Source: Octopus vulgaris (taxonomy: Eukaryota). From it: 64,000 nucleotides of DNA. Shown here piece by piece: positions 54,683 to 64,000 of the stretch. Location of the stretch: NCBI GenBank assembly GCA_951406725.2, contig OX597836.1:33046001-33110000 (forward strand), read 5' to 3'. The position numbers were made by a program, and so were the translations under genes. Positions within the stretch are counted from its first letter, which is position 1. Each line of letters starts with the position of its first letter. The notes under the pieces were generated by a model. That model was not told the origin of the DNA. It saw nothing but the letters and a program-made list of their open reading frames with translations, and made no database searches.

Positions 54683-55392
54683 TCAGCATATACTGTTCCA
54701 ACAACTACCACCACCACCACCACCACGGCCAACCAAGCACTTAACCTTCCTTCCTTCCTTCCTTCCTTCCTTGTTACTATAGTAATTGTTCTTCACTCCT
54801 AGCTCTTGTTTATCTTTCAACCAGCTTCCTACTCAGTCTCCTAATCACACCTCCACAATTACACACTTCAAGATGGATAGAATGTGTATATATAAATATA
54901 TATATATATAGATATATGTATGACGATATACATATATATATATGTGCATATACACATACATATACATACATATACACATACACATATCAATATATGTACA
55001 GGTATGTGCATACACACACACATATATATCTGTGTATTTGTATATATATATGTATATATGTATGTGTATATATATATATGTATGTATGTAAAAATATATG
55101 TATATACACATACTCTGTTGCAAATTTGTTTTATCAATTAACCTGTTTAATTAATACTGTTGTCTAGATTAATGATTCAGCTTGCACTTCACATGCAACC
55201 CATTGATTATATGCATATACATACATAACATACATAACATATATAATATATACACACATGTATACATCAATGTGTATATACATACGTGTGTATGTATACA
55301 TGTGTATATATAAATGTATATATATATATATGTACATATACACTTATATATTATATATATGTATGTGTATATACATATGAATGTATAAACAT

Positions 55393-55435
<43 letters not shown>

Positions 55436-56023
55436 ATTGTACAAATTTTCATTTCCTTCACCGACATCCTTTCAAAGAACAAGCAGCAGCAACAAATGGT
55501 AAAAAATGTGTTTCCATTCAGATATATATGTATGTATGTATATATGTATGTATATATATGTGTATATATATATAAATGTATTATACAATAGATTCTTTAA
55601 ATAATGCAGAATATTTCTTGTGACTGTTATGACAAACTCCTTTCAACCTCTATAACTTTCAATTCTTTGGTGTATCAATCCAGATTGGAGAACCAACCAT
55701 TATTCTTTGATAGGTTTGGCTTTAGTTAAAAACTCCTGAGCTGAGCTAACGCAAATTGTCAAGGAGAAAAAAAAACGAAAGCCAAACAACAACAACAAAA
55801 AAAAACCCAAATATGTAAAAAAAAAAAAAATGCAAGCACAATTTCTCTTTTCTTAAATAGAAATATTAACGATGTTGTTCTAAAGTGCAAAACAAGTCTG
55901 GTATGAAAAAATAAAATTATATATTAACAAAAAAGAAAAAAAAAAAAAACAACCAATAAACTATAACAACCAATAAACTATAACAACAACAACAACAACA
56001 GGAAGCTGTTTCTTGAGAATAAA
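54683..56023 (+). other. Probable otoferlin 3' UTR with candidate poly(A) signals
   Basis: Follows the stop codon; AATAAA at 55910, 55955, 55972 and 56018. The true 3' end cannot be fixed from sequence alone. Confidence 0.4.
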
Positions 56024-56213
56024 TACCATATTTTCCAGCATACAAGTCAAGATTTTCACATGAAAATTTCCGCTAAAAAAATGGTAGATCGACATATCTC
56101 AACGTGACTTTGAAAGACCAAAAAATTCTATGACAAACGCAACAGGATTTGGAAAGAGTGTTTACATGGTATGTTTATATACTATGCTGGTTTGTATGCC
56201 AGAAAATACAGTA
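56024..56213. mobile_element. pogo/Tigger-like MITE
   Basis: ta-ccatattttccagcatacaa .. ttgtatgccagaaaatacag-ta; homologues at 28798-29008 and 56909-57102. Confidence 0.7.
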
Positions 56214-56283
56214 TATAAAACATGTATGTATATATGACGATGATGATGATGTGTGTATGTATATATATACATATGTATATACT

Positions 56284-56538
56284 TGTAAATTGTAATATGT
56301 GACAATTGTTCAGTAGCCATGATAAAACTCCGAGTTTTGGATGCTGGGGTGGAAATCCACGGTGCCATCTCTTCAGATATCCGGCCATTGGAAAAAATGC
56401 TATGAAAATGACCCGGATAAAACTCGGAGTCTTATCATGGCTACCAAATAATTGTCACATATTACATTTACAGATAAATTCCTCTATTTGCATAACATCG
56501 AGGTCTCTTTCATTGTTTTGTTGTCTTACCATTTTTAT

Positions 56539-56545
<7 letters not shown>
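56284..56545. mobile_element. Second fold-back Penelope-like family with a decayed hammerhead (minus 56321-56381)
   Basis: Inverted repeat 56284-56338 / 56419-56472 plus a one-sided tail. Minus strand reads gatat CTGAAGA gatg..catcc AAAA ctcggag TT ttatc; the other arm keeps ctcggag TC ttatc. Confidence 0.6.
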
Positions 56546-56587
<42 letters not shown>

Positions 56588-56740
56588 TAGATATATATAT
56601 TTATATATATATATATTTATATATATATATATACATACATATACATATATGTGTGTGTATATATATATACATACATACATACATACATAAACATTTATGT
56701 ATATATATGTATGTGTCTGTGTCTGTATAAATATATATAT

Positions 56741-56892
56741 ACTTTATTTAAAGCAGCAGAAAATTCAAAAAAACCTGTTACTCTGAGTTTCCCGTTGAAT
56801 TTTCTGCTGCTTTAAATAAAGCATATTACTCTACCACTGGTATTTGAGTACTCTTTTTTCCACCTTGTTTCACATTTATGTGTTTACTCCGG
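56741..56892. mobile_element. Family H copy with internal deletion
   Basis: Arm and tail near-identical to 11129-11255; the hairpin centre is deleted at a GTTG microhomology. Confidence 0.7.
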
Positions 56893-57224
56893 TGTAAATA
56901 TATATATATACATATTTTCTAGCATACAAGTTTTCAGCCAAAATGGGTAGGTGTCAGTTTAAAGACCAAGACGACTTTGAAGGACCGAAAATTACATGAG
57001 AAATGCAGAAGAATTTGGAAAGATAGCGACGATGTTTGAATGTTTACGCTACATGTTTTACACTGTATACCTGTGTCGACTTGTATGCCGGAAAATATAG
57101 TAATTGCAAAAAAAAACAAAACCACTCCTGCAACAAATTAACTGCAGCTAATTTGATGAAAGATCAATTGAATCTAACGGATGGACTGAGTGGATATATA
57201 TATGTGTGTGTGTGTGTGAGTATA

Positions 57225-57262
<38 letters not shown>

Positions 57263-57492
57263 TGTATGTATATGTATGTATATATAGCTATGTGTTTGTC
57301 TGTATATGTACATATATATATAAATCAATATATACATATATGTATATACACATGTATATATATACACATAGATATATATACACAGATATACATATATACA
57401 CACACACAGACATATATATATATATACACACGAACATATACATATATACATACATATGTGTTTGTGTGTGTGTATATATATATACATATCAT

Positions 57493-57523
<31 letters not shown>

Positions 57524-57624
57524 GTATATGTATATATACATACAAACATATACATATATACATTTGTGTTTGTGTGTGTGTATATATATATATACATATC
57601 ATTATATATATATGTATATATGTA

Positions 57625-57661
<37 letters not shown>

Positions 57662-58265
57662 CGTTTATATATATATATATATATATGAGAGGATGATATA
57701 TGGGAAAACAGAAATAATTTCATGGAAAATATAAAAGAGGGGAATGCGGGGCAATTGTTTTGTTTTTTGTTTTTTTTTTCAAATCCATTTACAGAATTGT
57801 TATGCCTAATTGTGTTACACACAAAAATTAAATTTCGGAAAAGCAAAAAAAAAAAAAAACTATAAAATTTCTTTCACTGGAATGAATATATGGTATGTGA
57901 GCATATGTGGGTGTTTGTGCACAAATCTGCATGTGCCTGTGTCTATATGTATGTATGTGTGTGTGTGTGCGTGCGTGTATTATGTTTAAGTCTTGGCTGT
58001 TGAAGAGAAGTATATATATATATATATTAGTCGGGGGAAAAGGAAATTCGGATCTTTCCTGATTGTTAAGACTACATTTATGGTTCACTTAAAGCTCCGC
58101 ATATAAAAACCTTGCAGGCACAGATATATGTACATCATGCAGAAATACGCAAGATACACAAAGGGACAAATGCATTTCGATATGCTTGTGTGCAGTGTGT
58201 GTGCATGTGTGTGTGTGTGTGTGTATGTACTCGTACATATATCTTCAAATGTGTGTGTATATATA

Positions 58266-58298
<33 letters not shown>

Positions 58299-58460
58299 TG
58301 GCATGCATATACACACACACATCCATATATACACATATTGACATACAAATGCACTATATATATATATGTACATATAGACATATATTTGTATATATATATA
58401 TGCATACATATATATTTATATATACATATAGCCACAAATAAACACACACACACATATATG

Positions 58461-58624
<164 letters not shown>

Positions 58625-58809
58625 GATACACACACATACACATACACACACACACACAAACACAGATACACACAAATGTATATATATTGATACATACACA
58701 TGTTTTTATTTACATAACAACATAAACATACAGCTCAAACATGCATATGTATATATATATATATGTATATATGTATGCTACATGTATACAAGTATATATA
58801 TATATATAT

Positions 58810-58848
<39 letters not shown>

Positions 58849-59204
58849 CACACTCACACACAGAGATGACAAGGGGTATGATTTGAAATTATGATAACTG
58901 TTTTAATTAATGGAAATTACACTTGTTCAATGTTCACAATTTAGAAAACAAAAAGGAAAAAAAAAACAACAAATCTGTCCTTGCTATGATAGAACCGGAG
59001 GAGCATCTAACTATATACCTTGTACTTGGTTACGTCCCTTTACATTCTGAGTTCAAATCCCACCCAGGTGCACTTAACCTTGTAACCTTCTAAGGTCAAT
59101 AACGATAAGTACTGCACTGATGTCAATAACTTTTCTTTAAATTGTAGTGCTCAGCATGGCCACAACTCCAGTGAGGGAAAGGTAGTGAAAAATTGGATGG
59201 ATAT

Positions 59205-59980
59205 AGGTTCTTGGTTCAATCTCCAGAGTAGTAGATTCCCGTGAATATTAAAATGCATAACAGTTTGTTTGTTTGTTTAAAGAGTAAGGTAATGAAATTT
59301 TGTAATTGAAACATTAAGACATTATGCCACAAATTTACTGGTTCAATCCCCAAGAAAAGTAATTAAAACATGATACATTCAGATTTATGAGTTCAGTTCC
59401 CAGGGTAGTGTGAATTCCTGTGATTAAACTGCAAGACATGGTGCATCAGCTTTATCAATTAAATTAATTCCAAGAACACCGAAAGTCTGTGACAGAAACA
59501 TAAGACATGACAGAGGTTTATGAGTTCAATACCTAGGAAAGCAATTAAAACATAGTGCATTAAGGTTTATGTGTTCAGTTCCAAGGATAATGAAATTTTG
59601 TGAGAAAAAAAAAATCAAGATGGTGGATTAAGTTTACAAGTTCAGTACCCAGTATAGACGTAAGCATCAGGTTTACAAGTTCAATACCCAGGACAGTCAA
59701 ATGTTGTTATTAAAACACAAAATATACTGCATCAAGCTTTTAAGATTTATCTCCCAAATAATGAATTTTGCTGAGTAAAACAAAAGATATGATGCCTTAA
59801 GTTTACAAGTTCAATTCCAAGGATAGTCAAATTCTATTATTAAAACACAAGAAATAATTCATGAGCTTTACAAGTTCAATCCCTGAGATGGTCGAAATTT
59901 TTTGATTGATATGCAAGCCATGATGCAGTAAATTTTATCTGTTCAATTCCCAGGATAGTGAAATTACTACAAAACACAAT
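59205..59980 (+). repeat. Degenerate 40-67-bp minisatellite with a GTTCARTNCC core
   Basis: Cores at 59214, 59341, 59391, 59524, 59573, 59640, 59679, 59809, 59874 and 59941. Confidence 0.75.
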
Positions 59981-59991
59981 ATTAATCACCT

Positions 59992-60870
59992 TTAACCTTT
60001 CAGCATTCAAATTACACTGTCAAACATAATGCTTACTCATTGATATTATTTTTAATTAATCCTGCATTTGAGATTACAATGATTGTTTGTTTTTAGAATG
60101 ACATTGCAGGGAAGGTGTGAGAGGCTGGAAATGGCCAGTTTGAACATAAAACAGGTAGAATATCTGAGTAGGCTATACCTATTTATTCACATTGTTTTGA
60201 ATTAATCAGGCATTATCTATCTCATAACTTCAATATTGCAATGATGTGACTGTTTATTTTTAAAATGACATTGCAGGGAAAGTGTGAGAGGCTGGATCTG
60301 ACCAGTTTGAACAGAAAACTGGTAGAATATCTGAGCAGGCTATGCCTATTTATTCACATTGTTTTGAATTAATTAGGCATTATCTATCTCATAACTTCGA
60401 TATTGCAATGATGTGATTGTTTGTTTTTAGAATGACATTGCAGGGAAGGTGTGAGAGGCTGGAAATGGCCAGTTTGAACATAAAACAGGTAGAATATCTG
60501 AGTAGGCTATACCTATTTATTCACATTGTTTTGAATTAATCAGGCATTATCTATCTCATAACTTCAATATTGCAATGATGTGACTGTTTGTTTTTAGAAT
60601 GACATTGCAGGGAAGGTGTGAGAGGCTGGATCTGGCCAGTTTGAACAGAAAACTGGTAGAATATCTGAGCAGGCTATGCCTATTTATTCACATTGTATTT
60701 AATTAATTAGGCATTATCTATCTCATAACTTCGATATTGCAATGATGTGATTGTTTGTTTTTAGAATGACATTGCAGGGAAGGTGTGAGAGGCTGGATTT
60801 GACCAGTTTGAACAGAAAAAAGGTTGAATATTTGAGCCAGATTTTTGCAGCTCAAATGCCAGAGAGTTAA
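59992..60870. repeat. Family G MITE with an internal 167-bp tandem array
   Basis: aatgacattgcagg at 60097, 60264, 60431, 60598 and 60765; TTAA ends. Confidence 0.9.
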
Positions 60871-61077
60871 AGCCACAAAAATTGTCAAGAACACATTTAG
60901 TAATTCATATTTAGTTGTTGGTTGGTTTTATTTTGATTTTAGTTTGTTGATGTTTTTACAAGAGTTATCATTATTATTATTATTATTACTATTATTATTA
61001 TTATAACATTATTATTATTATTGTCATTATTGTTGTTGTTTTGTTTGTTTCTTCGAGGTAGCTATTGAAGTGCCAAG

Positions 61078-61127
<50 letters not shown>

Positions 61128-61245
61128 GTATTATAAAATATCAAATTACAATACAACACATTGTAACATTATTTTGTATTAAATTATGAAGATATTCAAT
61201 TCAAAAATTATTTTTGAAAAATTGAAAAACGGTAAACGAAATAAG

Positions 61246-61281
<36 letters not shown>

Positions 61282-61405
61282 ACACACACAGAATTTCTTA
61301 TTTTGTGTGTGTGTGCGTGTATATGTGTGTTCTTTTAGCAAGTGAGAGGAGGGCAGCTACTGAAAACTTTAATATAAAATTCTACTATTAACTTTCTTCT
61401 TCTTT

Positions 61406-61455
<50 letters not shown>

Positions 61456-62229
61456 TTTAGATATCAATATTAAATTTAGTCAGAAATCATTACTATAAAT
61501 AATTTTGTTATTATTACTGTTGTTGTTGTTGTTATTATTATTATTATTATCATCATCATCATCATCATCATAATTGTTACTGTTATGATAATAGAATGAA
61601 TTTTAAATTGAAGGCTTTGTCAATAAGAAAGAATCCAATTAAGAAAGAAATGGTTTCTTGCAGATGGGTGGGATAGTGATGGGTTGGGATGGGATGCGTG
61701 ATGGATGGATGGATGGAAGTGGAGGGGAGAAAGGACAGTTATGTTGTTTGTTATATTTATTGTGTGTATATTTCATTTCTAGAAGAAATAAAATAAAAAT
61801 AAAAATCGATTAAAAAAAAAATATTTACAAAATGCAACAAATTGTTTCTTGTGATTTTCTTTTTTATATCTGTTGTCTTTTTTATTCTTTAAATAAAATA
61901 AATTTATTTACAGTTTCTCCTATGTCTTCTTTCAGTAATGGAATTTATATAATTACAAAGAATTTCAGGTGAAAAAAAAGAGAAAATAATAATAATAGTA
62001 ATAAATGCCCTGGTGCAGTACCAGGCAGTGGCTCTCGTGGCTTCTGATCTTAACTGATTGAAAGTGTTACCATGTACATAAATATTGTGAAGATGCATGG
62101 GCTAGTGGTAGAGTGTTGTAATCATGATTGTGAGATTATTATCTTCAACTCAAACCTTTTAAGGCGGTCCTCCAACATGGCCGCACGCAAATGACTGAAA
62201 GAAGTATATATATATATATTTATATATAT

Positions 62230-62264
<35 letters not shown>

Positions 62265-62283
62265 AATAGTGAAATGGGAGAGT

Positions 62284-62895
62284 ATAAATATGTCCCTCCT
62301 TTAAGAAACGGATTGGGTTTATTTACATTTGTGAAGAAATAACTCTAGCGGTGTCATATGAAATTGTCACCCATAATTATGATCCTAGTATCGATCTATT
62401 GCATTTCTATCTATTTTAGATTTAGGGTTAGGGGTAGGGGGAAGGGTATCTTTTTTCTTCACAAATGTAAATAAACCTAATCTCTTTCTTAAAGGAGGGA
62501 CATATTCATACGGCACAGAATGCTTTCACCTCAATGGACGGTCAGTGATTGGTTAAAATTGCCGAAATGCAAGAAATTAAAGACGAAATATGTTACAAAC
62601 TATAGAATTTTCTCAAGAAAGCCAAGAGGAAATGATGTTTGATAAACACATTCTACCAGTATACGAAGTTTAAAATTTTTTAGTTACCTAGAAATTATGT
62701 TAAAAACTGCTGTTCAAACTGAAAAGATCCACAGATTGGGTTTATTTACATTTGTGAAGAAAAAAAGATACCCTTCCCCCACCCCTAACCCTAAAACAGA
62801 TTGAAATGCAATAGATCGATACTAAGGTCATAATTATGGGTGACAATTTCATATGATACCGCTAGAAAAAACTGCCGCTCAAACCGAAAAGATCC
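62284..62895. mobile_element. Three rearranged pieces of one TIR element with internal ttaggg motifs
   Basis: 62345-62730(+), 62731-62895(-) and 62284-62339(-); terminus aaaaactgc..gaaaagatcc at both 62730 and 62895. Confidence 0.75.
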
Positions 62896-62919
62896 ATATA
62901 CACACATACACCCACACAT

Positions 62920-63925
62920 ACATTTTCAAGATGGCGCATTATGATGAATGAAGGTAAAGTTCCCGAAAAAAGTTTGAAAACCTCTAAATAGATCGAAGTA
63001 ACTAAAAGTAAAGCGTTCTCTGGTTTAAATATATCATTTATTACGTCCAGTATACTATATTTAAAAAGGATATTTCCAATCTGATTCACCTGTGCACAGT
63101 CTGAGGCAAAAGTTTCCAACGTTAAAATATCAAATTCCACTCAACACGTGGTTTCGTCAAATGCGGCTCGAAAAGACAAAAACAGAAGCTGACTGCATCG
63201 GCCGTACTTTTCTCAAATTAATGTCCCGAAGACTGCTATTTGTTGCTCAAAATTCTAAATACAGGAATTATTTTAAACGATGGTTTGTTTACGTACTTTA
63301 TTATTATTATTTTTTTCGATTAAAAATCTCCTACGTAAAGACCGCTGAAGCTAAATAAATACTTCAGAAGATGGCAATATGGCATGGATGTAAGAGATAA
63401 AGTAGTGAAATGGAAGAATATACAGAATAAAAGGATAAAATGTCGGAAGAAATGAAATAAAGGCCACTTTGCTTCCATAATAGTTCAAAATTTCTCATGG
63501 CACCAACAGACAAAATGGAAAAGGCGTTGTCCCCAAGGATAACGAGGGAGACGCATTGGAACAACTATTCTGACTCGTTGAGATATGGACTGATGGCTAA
63601 GAACACTGGAGGTCTCAACTACCACAGGTTCGACCATAAACCTGTCGGAGAGCGAACCATACTTTTGGCAGTTTGTTTTTTTTTGTCTCAGCTCGACAAG
63701 CAGCTGAGCCTGGACTGATAGCTGACAACTCCGAGTTGCCACTACATGTGGAATTCCCAGATGAGGGGCCTACCACCACGGAACAGGAACATTGTCATAC
63801 CGTCCCCTCGGACTAACCCTGTGGACTTGAGCTGGGAAAGGGAAGCCTGCAGCACCTCGGCCTACGAAAGTGGAGAATTGTAATCTATTTTGTTTTTATC
63901 CAGCCAGACGCAAGGCAAGGTAAGA
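62920..63925 (+). promoter_or_regulatory. CpG-enriched promoter / 5' exon-like region of a downstream gene
   Basis: Non-repetitive and visibly CpG-rich compared with the rest of the window. YY1-type CAAGATGGCG at 62927-62936 and AAGATGGC at ~63368; strong donor AAG|gtaaga at 63919/63920. No recognisable protein. Confidence 0.5.
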
Positions 63926-64000
63926 AAAATCCAAGTTTAGATCTTTTCTGTTTAGTTGGACTTTTTGAAATTTTAAAATTAAGCGAAAATTTTAAAATTT

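Noticed and set aside
54523-54744. 73-aa ORF in the supplied track
   Set aside because: Alternative frame of the real otoferlin terminal exon.
54680-54802. Stop-codon readthrough extension of otoferlin (~40 codons open after TGA)
   Set aside because: Context is TGA-T rather than the leaky TGA-C, and the extension is built from (ACC)n and (CCTT)n microsatellites.
59205-59980. CRISPR-like repeat/spacer appearance
   Set aside because: Eukaryotic context, short degenerate cores, spacers homologous to each other and of irregular length, no cas genes.
62421-62445. TTAGGG telomeric repeats
   Set aside because: Only about two units, internal to a TIR element.
63364-63564. ILGDNAF resembling a Harbinger/PIF DDE motif
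   Set aside because: In-frame stop just upstream and no other catalytic motifs or TIRs.

Overview
Eukaryotic, AT-rich, microsatellite- and SINE-dense DNA. The repeat landscape looks like an octopus (coleoid cephalopod) genome; this is an inference. Almost every ORF in the supplied track is a microsatellite or repeat artefact. The only host coding sequence I can support is the last two exons of an otoferlin-type ferlin gene on + (50141-50241 and 54502-54682, encoding the C-terminal transmembrane anchor), and the ORF track misses both. I found no earlier ferlin exon in 1-50140, so that stretch is probably one very large intron. A CpG-rich promoter/first-exon-like region lies at ~62920-63925. 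The rest consists of four recurring tRNA-derived SINE families with swappable tails, RTE-LINE 3' ends, a mariner remnant, hAT/piggyBac-like/pogo-like MITEs and an RLE-type LINE remnant. The most notable signal is about 14 type-I hammerhead-ribozyme-like motifs from several unrelated small elements, of the kind known from Penelope-like elements and retrozymes. The best example is a ~350-nt, partially tandem, rod-folding unit at 49116-49604 with a hammerhead at its tip, in sense orientation ~0.5 kb upstream of an otoferlin exon. All pairings and alignments were done by eye and none were computed.
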